A stretch of 64,000 nucleotides of DNA from Candidatus Hydrogenedentota bacterium (GCA_034669905.1 JAXMOL010000011.1:89037-153036), one strand, 5' to 3'. Positions 49,356 through 59,633 are shown, numbered from the stretch's first letter. Made by a program: numbers and translations. The notes: generated from the letters alone by a model not told the origin.

Positions 49356-49375
49356 GGAGAACCTAGGGACAGACT
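49356..49375 (+). repeat. Isolated copy of the RAYT-associated repeat
   Basis: 49356-49372 is the exact reverse complement of 47443-47459. Confidence 0.85.
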
Positions 49376-49551
49376 AGGAATAAAATAGAAAAGAGTGGCA
49401 AGCCAGATCTTTTCGCCAGCAGTTCTGGCGTGTGGGGGTGCACGACGTGGGGCCTATCGCGGTGGATAAACTATCTCATTCATAGGTGCCTGGTGCGCCG
49501 ACGGGGGCGGTTGATTGGGCCGTCCGTATCGACGCGGAAAGCCACTGCCGT

Positions 49552-49635
49552 GCCCTTTCAGGGCGAAAATTTGGATGCGTGGCCTTCTTCCCTGGGCCTT
49601 GCCCAGGGCTGAAAGCTGTCGTGCCCCTTCGGGGC
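49552..49635. repeat. REP-like palindromes related to family A
   Basis: GCCCTTTCAGGGC, CCCTGGGC..GCCCAGGGCT, GCCCCTTCGGGGC in the same order as family A. Confidence 0.65.
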
Positions 49636-49890
49636 GGCCCGCGCCAACCGAAAGGCTATGAATGCTCCGATATCATCCGTGAAAAAATGCAGACTGGGGG
49701 TGCATCCAGCTTAATGGACATCGGTTTCGCATCACCGGGACAAAAGGAACACACGCCTTGGTGGGGCGATACGAATGTACCCTCAAACTGGATGAACCTT
49801 AAAACGCTCATGCTCCCGCCCTCTCAGACAGGAATGTCTGAGCCCCGGCCACACCTCAGGCAGGAGTACCTGCTTCCAAGCGAATAGGCA

Positions 49891-50751
49891 CTACGCCCCA
49901 CCTTTCAGGCCAAAGCTCTGAGCGACGCGGCGGAAGAAACCTTCTTTGTTGGCGGCCGTGGCGGGCTGTTGCTGGAGTATACGGCTGGCGATCTCGTGCA
50001 TGCATTTGGAGACGGGTGCGTGGGGATAGGCGAGCATGAAGGGCTTGCTCTGCATGACGGCCTGACTCACGTGGGTGTCGCGGGCGAGGTAACCCAGGCA
50101 GGAAAGGTTGCGTCCGAGATAACGCTGGGAGACGCCGGAAAGCTTGGTGGCCACGGCCTGGGCCAGGGCCGGGTTGGGCACCATATTCACAATAAGACGG
50201 ACCACCGTTTCGGGGCGGTTGGCATAGAGGGTTTTGAGCATGGCGTAGGCGTCCACGATGGCCGGGTGCTCGGGTGTGGTGATCAACAAGACCTCATCGG
50301 CCGCCAGGGCAAACGCCACGGCATTACGCCCAATGCCGGCCATGGTGTCGAGAATAATAAAGTCGCTCTGGGACTGGAGTTCCTGCAGCCCGCCGAGGAG
50401 GTTTTGACGCCCTGCGCCGGTGAGGTCCGCAATCTGGGCGAGGCCGGAAGAACCGGGTACGATGGAGATACCTCCCGGCCCTTTCACCAGGATTTCGGAG
50501 ATGCTTTTCTCCCCCTCGATGACGTGCTCCAGATTGTGCAGAGAGCTCAGCCCGAGCAGGACTTCCACATTGGCAAGCCCCAGATCGGCATCCATGAGGA
50601 TGACCCGTTTACCCTGGGCCGCGAGGGCGATGGCCAGGTTAACGCTGGTATTGGTTTTTCCGACGCCGCCTTTTCCGCTGGTCACGGCCAGGACCCGCGC
50701 TCCAGATTTATTGCCTACTATCGTGCGAAGTCGCTGTGCTTGATCAACCAC
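49891..50751 (-). CDS. flhG: Flagellar number regulator FlhG/FleN (MinD-like ATPase)
   Basis: DQA..LR N-terminus, SGKGGVGKT, DADLGLAN; follows flhF. Confidence 0.92.
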   Translation of the reverse strand: MVDQAQRLRTIVGNKSGARVLAVTSGKGGVGKTNTSVNLAIALAAQGKRVILMDADLGLANVEVLLGLSSLHNLEHVIEGEKSISEILVKGPGGISIVPGSSGLAQIADLTGAGRQNLLGGLQELQSQSDFIILDTMAGIGRNAVAFALAADEVLLITTPEHPAIVDAYAMLKTLYANRPETVVRLIVNMVPNPALAQAVATKLSGVSQRYLGRNLSCLGYLARDTHVSQAVMQSKPFMLAYPHAPVSKCMHEIASRILQQQPATAANKEGFFRRVAQSFGLKGGA

Positions 50752-52084
50752 GTTGAAGGGTACCTTCCAATATGAGGTTCGCCACCATGGCGGGTGACGC
50801 GATGCAAATATCGTCGGGCACGTTTTGCCCTGTGCTGAGATAGCTCAGGGGCAGACCCGATTCGGCCATGACACTCAGCAGCGCACCGTACTGCCGGGTC
50901 TCGTCCACTTTGGTAAACAACACCGCCGTGGGATTACAACATTTAAAGTTGGAAACAATGTTCCGCATATCGTCAAGGGGGGTGCAGGCGCTCATGACCA
51001 ACAGGGTTTCATGCGGGTTGGCGCAGCCCAAGACCCCTTTAAGTTCGTTTATTTGCTCGAGATTAAACTGACTACCGCCGGCGGTATCGATAAGCACGAG
51101 GTCATAGGCCTGAAAGGCCTGCAGGGCCTCGGCCATATCACGGGGCTCCTGCACCACTTTCATGGGCAACCCGATGATATTGGCGTAAACCTTCAGTTGG
51201 TCCGTCGCCGCCACACGGTAGGTATCCGTTGTAATCAGCGCCACACGGGCACGTTCACGAACGGAGTAATAGGCCGCGAGTTTGGCCAGGTTGGTGGTTT
51301 TTCCCACACCCGTGGGTCCACAAAGGGCCACGATGCGACAAGTCCCCCCCTGGAGGGCGAGGCCTCCCGTGCCGTGGAGCAGTTTTCTAATCTCCATGTG
51401 GAGCCGCTCGAGAAAGACCCGTTGCTCCCGCATGAGATGAAGGTCGCTGTTTTTGGCCACGCCCCCAATCAAGACGGCGGCCACTTTCCGCGCCACGCCC
51501 CGCTCCACCAGCGTCCGGTAATGGGGTGCGAACTCCGAGGGCAGGCCCGCTCCGGGACTCTCCGCATAAAGCACCTCCATCATTTCCCGGATCTCCTGCA
51601 ATTCGCGATGCACCTCGGGCGCCTGGGGACGGTTTTCCTGCTGAGGAAAGGGCACCACGGGCGCAGGTGCAGCCTGCCGGTTCGTGGTCGCAGGCCGGGC
51701 AGGTGTGCGGGATGGCGTGGCGGCGGGGGATGTCGCGGGGGCACTTCCCCCGGCATTCATACGCTGTTGGGCATCACGGACGAGCCGCTCGAAATAAGCC
51801 ACGGTCTCCGTCGGCGCAGCGGCGGGTTGTGAATCCCGCTGCGTACCCGAGGCCTCCGCATAGCGACGCTGGGCGGCGCTGGGCTTCCGCACCTGGGAAG
51901 CCAGGCTATCCACCGGCACCGATGCCGTCACCTCGACCATCTTCCGGCCGAAGTATCCCAGGATACCCCCTTCGGTCACTTCCGCCGTGTTGATCACCAG
52001 GGCTTCCGGTCCAAATTTCTGGCGTACCAGTCGGGAGGCTTCTTCGAGGGTTCGGGCCCGTATTTTGTGGAATTGTTGCGCCAT
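50744..52084 (-). CDS. flhF: Flagellar SRP-like GTPase FlhF
   Basis: GPTGVGKTT, DTYR, DTAG, TKVDET, GQNVPDD. Confidence 0.95.
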   Translation of the reverse strand: MAQQFHKIRARTLEEASRLVRQKFGPEALVINTAEVTEGGILGYFGRKMVEVTASVPVDSLASQVRKPSAAQRRYAEASGTQRDSQPAAAPTETVAYFERLVRDAQQRMNAGGSAPATSPAATPSRTPARPATTNRQAAPAPVVPFPQQENRPQAPEVHRELQEIREMMEVLYAESPGAGLPSEFAPHYRTLVERGVARKVAAVLIGGVAKNSDLHLMREQRVFLERLHMEIRKLLHGTGGLALQGGTCRIVALCGPTGVGKTTNLAKLAAYYSVRERARVALITTDTYRVAATDQLKVYANIIGLPMKVVQEPRDMAEALQAFQAYDLVLIDTAGGSQFNLEQINELKGVLGCANPHETLLVMSACTPLDDMRNIVSNFKCCNPTAVLFTKVDETRQYGALLSVMAESGLPLSYLSTGQNVPDDICIASPAMVANLILEGTLQRG

Positions 52085-52085
52085 C

Positions 52086-54170
52086 TTATGCGCTCACCTG
52101 GCCAACGCTTTCAAGGGTAACGGCCGGGTCCATCTCGTTGTAAGATAAGACCACCACTTTGGGAATGCGCCGCTCTACGATGCGTCTAAAATAGCGCCGA
52201 ACAGGGGCAGAGGTCAACACGACGGGATCCTGCCCACTGACCACCAGGGGCTGGAGGGCCGTGGCGCACCGCTCACTGATAGCATCGGCCCGCTCTGGAG
52301 ACACGGGAATGTAGTCCCCCGTCTGGGAGGTATTGACCGCGTTCAGCACTTCCTGCTCCAGCTCGGGGGCCAGTGTAACCACACGAAGCACGCCATCTTC
52401 GTCGGCAAAGGCCCCGCAAATTTCCCGGGCCAAGGCGTGGCGGGCATATTCGGTCAGCACTTCGGTGTCCTTGGTGCGCGGGGCATAGTCGCACAGGGTT
52501 TCCATCACCGTTTCCAGATTGCGGATGGAAACACGCTCCCGCAGCAGGTTATGGAGCACCTTCTGGACCTCACCCGCCGTGAGCAGGCTGGGAATCAGCT
52601 CATCCACCACGGTGGGGGACACTTCTTTCAGATGATTCACCAAGACCTGCACATCTTCCCGGGTCAACAACTCTTCCGCATGGGCCATAATCAGTTCCGT
52701 AATATGGGTCGCCACCACAGCCGACGGCTCCACAATCGTATAGCCCAGACGTTCCGCCTTGTCGCGGTCGCGTGCGGGCACCCATACCGCCTGAAGCCCA
52801 AAGGCCGGCTCCTGGGTGGGATACCCTTCAATCTCTTCTTCCACCAGGCCGGGGTTCATGGCGAGGAAATGGTCGGGCATCAACTCATAGCTGGCAATGA
52901 CCGCTTCGCGGAGCTTCACCTGGTACTCATTGGGCCGAAGGCGCATGTTATCCACAATACGCACCACGGGCACGATAAAGCCCATCTTCGTGGCGGTCTG
53001 CTGGCGGATCACCTGAATTCGGGTCAGCAAATCTCCGCCCTGCCCTGGGTCCGCCATGGTAATCAGGCCGTAACCCAACTCAATCTTGAGGGGATCGACC
53101 GTGAGCAGATCTTCCGTTCGCTCTTTGGGCGGCTCCTCCGCCGCGATTTCCGCCTCCTGCGCGGTTTCCAGGGCCAGCTCCGCCTTGCGCACCAGCATCT
53201 GGGACGACACAAAGGTCAGGCCCGCCAGGAACAGGCCCGCAATAAAGAAAGGTGCCGTGGGCATGCCGGGCAAGATGGCAAACACCCCCATAACCGCCGC
53301 CGTGGCACCCAGGGCGCGGGGCTGTTGGGTCAACTGGGCTGCCAAATCCTGACCCAGGTTGTCATCGGATACCGTGCGGGTGACTACCAGGCCAGCCGAG
53401 AGCGAAATAATCAGGGAGGGCACCTGGGACACGAGGCCGTCACCAATGGTCAGGCGGGTGTAAAGTTCGGCCGACTCCCCGACGGGCAGTCCGAGCATCC
53501 AGACCCCCACCACGAGTCCCACGGCGATATTGATGAGTGTGATGATTAGACCGGCAATGGCATCGCCCCGGACGAACTTGGTGGCACCATCCATGGCCCC
53601 GTAAAAGTCGGCTTCCTTTTCAATGGCACGACGGCGGGTCCGGGCCTCTTGCTCGGTGAGCAGTCCGGCGTTGAGATCGGAGTCCACGCCCATCTGTTTG
53701 CCCGGCATGGCATCCAGGGTAAAGCGGGCGGCCACTTCGGAGATACGGGTCGCACCTTTGGTAATCACGACAAACTGGATAATCACCAGGATGGCGAAAA
53801 TAACGATACCCACGGGAAGGCTGCCAGCGGTAACAAAGCCGCCAAAGGCATCGATGACGTTGCCCCCATCCCCCTGCGAAAGAATGAGACGGGTGGTCGC
53901 CACATTCAGACTCAGCCGGAAGAAGGTCAGCATGAGCAACAGCGCCGGAAAAACGGAGAACTCGGTCGGCCGTTGCAGGTAGATGGTACTCAGCATGACC
54001 ACGACGGAAATAGAAATGTTTACCGTGAGCAGAATGTCGATCACGATGGTGGGCACCGGCACAAAGAGGATCAACAGGATCGCAATGACCCCGACGGACA
54101 GGGCAAGATCCTGATTTTCGCCGAAGAAGGTGCCGGCGCGTCGTTGCATCTGGCTGGCGGGCATGGCCAT
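52086..54170 (-). CDS. flhA: Flagellar export gate protein FlhA
   Basis: EVAARFTLDAMPGKQM, FYGAMDGATKFVRGDA, VLSYNE. Confidence 0.97.
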   Translation of the reverse strand: MAMPASQMQRRAGTFFGENQDLALSVGVIAILLILFVPVPTIVIDILLTVNISISVVVMLSTIYLQRPTEFSVFPALLLMLTFFRLSLNVATTRLILSQGDGGNVIDAFGGFVTAGSLPVGIVIFAILVIIQFVVITKGATRISEVAARFTLDAMPGKQMGVDSDLNAGLLTEQEARTRRRAIEKEADFYGAMDGATKFVRGDAIAGLIITLINIAVGLVVGVWMLGLPVGESAELYTRLTIGDGLVSQVPSLIISLSAGLVVTRTVSDDNLGQDLAAQLTQQPRALGATAAVMGVFAILPGMPTAPFFIAGLFLAGLTFVSSQMLVRKAELALETAQEAEIAAEEPPKERTEDLLTVDPLKIELGYGLITMADPGQGGDLLTRIQVIRQQTATKMGFIVPVVRIVDNMRLRPNEYQVKLREAVIASYELMPDHFLAMNPGLVEEEIEGYPTQEPAFGLQAVWVPARDRDKAERLGYTIVEPSAVVATHITELIMAHAEELLTREDVQVLVNHLKEVSPTVVDELIPSLLTAGEVQKVLHNLLRERVSIRNLETVMETLCDYAPRTKDTEVLTEYARHALAREICGAFADEDGVLRVVTLAPELEQEVLNAVNTSQTGDYIPVSPERADAISERCATALQPLVVSGQDPVVLTSAPVRRYFRRIVERRIPKVVVLSYNEMDPAVTLESVGQVSA

Positions 54171-54174
54171 CTAC

Positions 54175-55284
54175 TCAGCTCCCCGTCGCTTTCCAGGCCG
54201 CCTGACGCTCCTGGATTTTGGCCTGACGCCGATCGATACGATACACGAAGGACAGTACCTCGGCCACCGCGCGAAACAGGTGCTCTGGAACTGGTTGGCC
54301 CACTTCGATGGTCCGGTGTAGTGCCCGGGCCAACTCTGGCTTCTGCACGATGGGCACGTCGTGTTCGGTGGCCAGATCACGGATCTTCTCGGCCACTTTG
54401 CGTGCCCCCTTGGCCACCACGATGGGGGCCTGCATATCGGCCATGTCATAGCGGATGGCAATGGCAAAGCGGATGGGGTTGGTAATAATCACGTCGGCAT
54501 CCGGCACATCGTCCATCATACGCTGGGTGGCCATCTGGCGTTGCAACTGGCGTACCCGCCGCTTGATTTGGGGATCCCCTTCCATCTCGCGGGATTCCAT
54601 CTTGGCCTCCTGGAAGGTCATCCGCAGATCCTGCATGTGCTGCCAACGTTGGTAACCGTAGTCCACAATTCCCAACAGGATCATCACCATCGCAATGCGC
54701 CACCAGATGGAGAAGATCAGGGCCGAGACACTGCTCAGAATACCCAGGGGTGTCATGGCCATGAGAATCACAAATTCATCCAGGCGGCTTCGCAGGGAAA
54801 GCCAGACCACCGCGACTACGAGGATGAGCTTGGCCATGGACTTCAAGAACTCGACGAGTGAACGGAGCGACACAAATTTTTGAAACCCCGAAATGGGATT
54901 GATGCGGGACAACTTGGGCACGAGGGGTTTTCCCGTCAGCAGAAAGCCCACCTGCGCCAGATTAATCAACAGTCCCACCACCATCATCATCACCGCAATG
55001 GGAATGCTCGCAAAAAAGAGATAGCGCATCACGCCAATCGCCAGGGGGAACAAACCGTCATGATCGATGGGGATTTCGTGGGCGTGGCCGAGATAATACC
55101 GCCCCGCATCCAGCAGGTACTTCATACTCATGGGCCCGAAGAACAGGAGGGCCACCAGCCCCGTGGCCAGGGCTACGCCACCACTCAAATCCTGGCTCTT
55201 GGCGATATTGCCGTCCAGCCGCGATTTCTGGATCTTTTGCGGGCTGGCCGGGAGGGATTTTTCTCCGCCTGTATCTTCTGCCAT
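54175..55284 (-). CDS. flhB: Flagellar export switch protein FlhB
   Basis: KSQDL, EGDP.IK, ITNP, VVAKG, LARAL. Confidence 0.95.
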   Translation of the reverse strand: MAEDTGGEKSLPASPQKIQKSRLDGNIAKSQDLSGGVALATGLVALLFFGPMSMKYLLDAGRYYLGHAHEIPIDHDGLFPLAIGVMRYLFFASIPIAVMMMVVGLLINLAQVGFLLTGKPLVPKLSRINPISGFQKFVSLRSLVEFLKSMAKLILVVAVVWLSLRSRLDEFVILMAMTPLGILSSVSALIFSIWWRIAMVMILLGIVDYGYQRWQHMQDLRMTFQEAKMESREMEGDPQIKRRVRQLQRQMATQRMMDDVPDADVIITNPIRFAIAIRYDMADMQAPIVVAKGARKVAEKIRDLATEHDVPIVQKPELARALHRTIEVGQPVPEHLFRAVAEVLSFVYRIDRRQAKIQERQAAWKATGS

Positions 55285-55292
55285 GGCCTACC

Positions 55293-56060
55293 CTAACCCA
55301 TGCCGCGGATCAAGGTATCGACCCGGATGAAGGTGCGCTCGAAGATTCCCTCGAGCACCTGCAGGTAGATACCGATACTCAACGCCGTAATGAAGAGTCC
55401 GGTGCCGATGGTGATGGGGAAGCCCACCACAAACAGCTGAATCTGGGGTATCACCCGACCGATGAGCCCCATGGTCACGTAGGCCATCATCATGGCGGCG
55501 ACGACCGGTGCCGAGATGATCAGGCCATCTACAAACATGGCCTGACCCCATCGCGTCACTTCCCACAACAATCCGGGGTGCGCCACAAAGCCCCCCAGGG
55601 GGATGGCCTCAAAGGTGTGGATAAAGCCCCAAATCATGAGGTGGTGGAGATTGGTCACCAGCATATAGAGCACCGCAAGAATGAAAAGAAAGAAACCGAA
55701 AATAGAGGACTGGGTTTCCAGGGCGGGATTAAAGACGTTCATCATCCCGAAGCCCGTCTGCATATCCATGACCTGTCCACCGACCTGTACCGCCGCAAAC
55801 ACCATCCCCACCACAAAGCCAATCATGAGCCCAATGAGGAATTCGCCAATGGCAAGCACGGAAAAAGCCAGATTCGCCTCGGGTAGCCCCACTTCCAGCA
55901 TCGGCAACGTCGGGGTAACCAGCAGGGCACCAAAGAAGGCGAAGCCCACCTTGGCAATGATCGGAACGTTACCCGACCCCAATACCGGCGCCGAAACCAT
56001 CAGACCAGAAAAACGTATCAGGACCAGGAGAAAAAGTTTGAATATCTCCACTTCCGCCAT
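55293..56060 (-). CDS. fliR: Flagellar export protein FliR
   Basis: R.SG....P, G...DMQTGFG, R..PQ..F.VGFP. Confidence 0.93.
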   Translation of the reverse strand: MAEVEIFKLFLLVLIRFSGLMVSAPVLGSGNVPIIAKVGFAFFGALLVTPTLPMLEVGLPEANLAFSVLAIGEFLIGLMIGFVVGMVFAAVQVGGQVMDMQTGFGMMNVFNPALETQSSIFGFFLFILAVLYMLVTNLHHLMIWGFIHTFEAIPLGGFVAHPGLLWEVTRWGQAMFVDGLIISAPVVAAMMMAYVTMGLIGRVIPQIQLFVVGFPITIGTGLFITALSIGIYLQVLEGIFERTFIRVDTLIRGMG

Positions 56061-56110
56061 GATGCGCTCATCCTATCCAGACACAATTCCCATACGCCCC
56101 TTCGAAACCG

Positions 56111-56386
56111 TCAACGCGGTAACACCAGAACGTCAAAATTCCCATACAGGTCCCGCACAAAGGACAACACCGTGTCGGACATCCAAGGCAGGAACAACAC
56201 GAAGGTTATCATAACGATGACGATTTTGGGCACGAACGTCAGGGTAATTTCCTGAATTTGCGTGACTGACTGCAGGATGCTGATACCCAGCCCTACAATC
56301 ATACCAGAGAGCAGCATGGGAGCCGACGCCAGGAGGGTAACCCACATGGCCCGCTGCCCAATATCTACAATGTCTTCGAGTGTCAT
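56111..56386 (-). CDS. fliQ: Flagellar export protein FliQ
   Basis: QSVTQIQEITLTFVPKI; start reassigned to MTLED. Confidence 0.95.
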   Translation of the reverse strand: MTLEDIVDIGQRAMWVTLLASAPMLLSGMIVGLGISILQSVTQIQEITLTFVPKIVIVMITFVLFLPWMSDTVLSFVRDLYGNFDVLVLPR

Positions 56387-56458
56387 GACACCTGTCCAAC
56401 GGGTTATTGATACCCCCCTCCGATTGACGCCAGAAAGGGAGCTATCCTTATGGCGCTT

Positions 56459-56487
56459 ACCATACCACAATATGTAGACCCTGTCAA
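56459..56487 (-). promoter_or_regulatory. Sigma70-like promoter upstream of fliQ
   Basis: TTGACA-N17-TATGGT with TG upstream of the -10. Confidence 0.55.
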
Positions 56488-56723
56488 CAGAAACCATATG
56501 CACAACCAATTTATTTAAAAGCACTTACGCAACAATACGAACTTTCTCACCACCAACCAGAACCCACATATAGTGCCTATCTGTCAGCGTAGGGAAATGA
56601 CCGCAACGACGCCCAAGAGCGACCGCGTTGAATTCATCCGCCCAATCACTTAGGATCAGGGACATTCGAGCCCGCCACCACGGCGTGATCACCCACCCGC
56701 GACCCCAATCAAGGTGTATACCT

Positions 56724-57461
56724 GTGCCCCAGAAGACGCCCGACAGCCCATCCCGCATGCAAGCCTTCAAGATGTTTGACCGCATCGCCCACCGCTATGA
56801 CCTCCTTAACCGCCTCCTCTCGGGCGGCACCGACGTCCGCTGGCGCAAAACCATGAACCGGCGCATCCCCGACGGCAAAGATCTCCGGGTCCTCGACCTG
56901 GCCACGGGCACGGCCGACGTGCTCATCGCCATGGAACACGCCTGCAAGAACGTATCTTCCGGCGTAGGACTCGATATGTCGGGTGGCATGCTGAAGTATG
57001 GCCAGCAAAAATTGGTATCCATGGGCCTGGACCAGAAATACCGCCTCGTCCGCGGTGATGCCACGTGTCTGGGACTGGGCGATAAGCAGTTTGACGCCGT
57101 GACCATCTCCTTCGGCATCCGCAATGTGCTGGACGTGAATCAGGGCCTGGAAGAAATGCACCGCATCCTCAAGCCCGGCGGACGTGCCCTCATCCTCGAG
57201 TTTTCGCTCCCTGCCAATCGCCCCTTCCGCGCCGCCTACCTCTTCTATTTCCGGCACGTGTTACCCCGCCTGGGCGCACTCATCTCCGGCGATTCCTACG
57301 CCTACCGCTATCTCAATGAAACGGTGGAGACCTTCCCCTATGGCGAAGACTTCTGCCAACTCATGCGGAACGCGGGATTCGAAGACGTCACGGCAACGCC
57401 GCTGACCTTTGGGATTGCCAGCCTCTATCAAGGGGAGAGAAGTTTGAAGGGTGAAGGGTGA
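56724..57461 (+). CDS. ubiE: Demethylmenaquinone/ubiquinone methyltransferase UbiE/MenG
   Basis: MFD.IA..YD.LN..LS.G, LDLATGTAD, FGIRNV, ILEFS, AY.YL; start estimated. Confidence 0.92.
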   Translation: MPQKTPDSPSRMQAFKMFDRIAHRYDLLNRLLSGGTDVRWRKTMNRRIPDGKDLRVLDLATGTADVLIAMEHACKNVSSGVGLDMSGGMLKYGQQKLVSMGLDQKYRLVRGDATCLGLGDKQFDAVTISFGIRNVLDVNQGLEEMHRILKPGGRALILEFSLPANRPFRAAYLFYFRHVLPRLGALISGDSYAYRYLNETVETFPYGEDFCQLMRNAGFEDVTATPLTFGIASLYQGERSLKGEG

Positions 57462-57520
57462 ATTTAGAATAGGGAATTCAGAATAGGGAATTTAAGAAAG
57501 TAAAAGAACTGGCCGCAAAC

Positions 57521-57629
57521 GCGGGGACTGCACCGACATCACGTCGAGGCCGTATCCAAAGGCACCACGTGGCCAGCCGTCCGACTACCACTCTGCGGAC
57601 AAAACGCACCAGTCGGGGCCGTCCCCCTC
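57521..57629. repeat. 109-bp REP doublet with the same ends as 3042-3150 and 3330-3438, opposite orientation
   Basis: Ends match at 17/17 and 17/18; same length; largely divergent interior. Confidence 0.8.
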
Positions 57630-57642
57630 CCCCCTGCTACCC

Positions 57643-58254
57643 CTACAAAAAGACCGCACGCGCCTTGTCCATTCGGTCGAATAAGTCCACCCCCAGCTCC
57701 TGCAACATCACCTCCAGCCGGACCATGGGGAAGCCCAGCACGTTCTGATAACAACCCCGGTAGCCGGCCACAATCAGGCTACCCGGACCATCCACGGTGT
57801 AGGAACCTGCGCGGTCGAGGGGCTCGACGATTTCGACGAAGCGCTCGATTTCGGTATCGCTCAACGCCTTAAAAGTCACATCGGTGGTCTCATAGCCCGT
57901 GACCTGCTTGCCTGTGCCCGTGTGGCACGCGGCCAGCCCCGTAACGACCTGGTGGGTGTTGTCCGAGAGCAGGCGCAACATACGCCGCGCATCATCCAGG
58001 TCTTTGGGTTTGGGCAAAACGTGCTCCTCGTAGAACACGAGGGTGTCGGCTGCAATAATGACGGCTTCTCCGTCTACGTGTGCCGCCACATCATCCCGTT
58101 TAATCACGGCATTCCCCACCACGATTTCCGCCGGGCTATCCCCCGTGTTGGGCTCGTGGGCGTCACTGGTCTGCACGGTGAATTCCACGCCCAGGTTGGC
58201 GAGTAAACTGCGACGTCGGGGTGAACCAGAGGCGAGAATAATCGGGGTCGTCAT
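57643..58254 (-). CDS. maf: Maf/YhdE nucleoside triphosphate pyrophosphatase
   Basis: ILASGSPRR, AADT, KP, H.V.TG, D.AG.Y, NVLG.P. Confidence 0.93.
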   Translation of the reverse strand: MTTPIILASGSPRRRSLLANLGVEFTVQTSDAHEPNTGDSPAEIVVGNAVIKRDDVAAHVDGEAVIIAADTLVFYEEHVLPKPKDLDDARRMLRLLSDNTHQVVTGLAACHTGTGKQVTGYETTDVTFKALSDTEIERFVEIVEPLDRAGSYTVDGPGSLIVAGYRGCYQNVLGFPMVRLEVMLQELGVDLFDRMDKARAVFL

Positions 58255-59033
58255 GGGGCGGGCAGTTCCTCGACCTTCACGGCGGGTTCAGCGGGGGACT
58301 CCGGTTTCGTCGCTTCTTTCGGGGTCTGCTCGGCTTTTACCGTAAGCGGCGCCTCGGGCACGAGTAAACCGCCTGCCGGCACGGAGCGCAGGGAAACTTC
58401 GCCGTTCTCGATGATACGGGTTTCGGCGGGAATCTTCATCTGGGTACGCGTCTGGGCCTCGCTCTGGTTGGTGGTGTAGTTCGAAAACTCCGTCACCATG
58501 CGGGCGTCATCATCGAGGGTAATGTGCACGCGGTAGGGCAGAAAGTCGGCCTCACGGAGATAAATACTCACTTCCTGAAAGGGCGCGTTGTCCATATTCT
58601 CTTTGAAGGGACGGATAATAATCCCCTGATCACCCTGGTCATTCTGCACGGTGAAGAGGCGCACATCGTAGGCCTCGCGCATGGCCGCCGGGTCCCCATC
58701 AAAGCCGAGAAAAAAGATGCTGGACTCGGGGCTATCGTCAATGTCGTAAATCTGGAGCTGCTCTTCGAGGGGGTCATATTCGTAGACCCGCCGGTCGTCG
58801 ACCATCAGGGTGGGCTCGTCGTTTTCAAAGCGAAAGATAATGCGCCGGGGCTGTCCGTAGAGCACCTTGCCTTTGCGCAGCGTCACTTCGCCGAACTCAA
58901 AGGTACGCTCTTCCACGTCGGCTTCCAGCACCTGGATGCCCGCCCGCTTCTCGGCAAAGACCTTGAAAAAGGCATCAAAATCATCGGGGGCCGCCAGGGC
59001 ACCCGCCAGGAATAAGAGGATAGCTCCACTCAT
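58251..59033 (-). CDS. LolA-like periplasmic lipoprotein carrier
   Basis: Short signal peptide, G......P....F, YDP..EQ, FSN pattern. Confidence 0.6.
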   Translation of the reverse strand: MSGAILLFLAGALAAPDDFDAFFKVFAEKRAGIQVLEADVEERTFEFGEVTLRKGKVLYGQPRRIIFRFENDEPTLMVDDRRVYEYDPLEEQLQIYDIDDSPESSIFFLGFDGDPAAMREAYDVRLFTVQNDQGDQGIIIRPFKENMDNAPFQEVSIYLREADFLPYRVHITLDDDARMVTEFSNYTTNQSEAQTRTQMKIPAETRIIENGEVSLRSVPAGGLLVPEAPLTVKAEQTPKEATKPESPAEPAVKVEELPAP

Positions 59034-59036
59034 ATC

Positions 59037-59633
59037 TTAGACTCCTTCTTCGGTGGGGCCACCCACATCGGTGGGCCCGTCTTCCCGGCCCGCATAGGGC
59101 GTTCCACCGGGCACAAACTGCACCGACTCACCATCTTCGTCCCCCTCTTCCAGGAGCGCCCGGTGAATGTCGAGTACCGCACGGAGGTCGGCACGGAGCC
59201 GCGCACGCTCCGCCCGAAGCCCGGCAATCTCTTCGCGCAGGGCCTCGGGGACAGCGGCCCCCTTCGCTTCAGCGGTGCGACGGGCCACCTCGGCTTCTTC
59301 ACGGATGAGTTCCGCTTCTTTCCGCGCCTGGGCCAGGGTCGTTTCGCTCAGTTGCTGCGCGCCCGCGAGGGCCTCGGTCAACGTCTTTTCCATCTCGCGG
59401 TAGGTGTTGTTCTCGGCACGCAGTTCTTCGTTGCGCTTGCGCAGTTCCGACACTTCCCGCTCCAGGGCTTCATAGGCGTCGGCGACCCGGGCCAGGAAGC
59501 CCGTCACCCGCTCTTTGTCGAAGCCCCGAAAGGAGGTCTTAAAGTCGGCGCTATACAAATCGCTGACGGTCAGGCTCGGCGTATCACCCAGCACTTCGTC
59601 CATTACCTTATTCTTTTCCATGGGGAATTCCAT
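59037..59633 (-). CDS. DivIVA domain protein
   Basis: F..SFRGFD..V..FL N-terminus followed by coiled coil. Confidence 0.85.
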   Translation of the reverse strand: MEFPMEKNKVMDEVLGDTPSLTVSDLYSADFKTSFRGFDKERVTGFLARVADAYEALEREVSELRKRNEELRAENNTYREMEKTLTEALAGAQQLSETTLAQARKEAELIREEAEVARRTAEAKGAAVPEALREEIAGLRAERARLRADLRAVLDIHRALLEEGDEDGESVQFVPGGTPYAGREDGPTDVGGPTEEGV

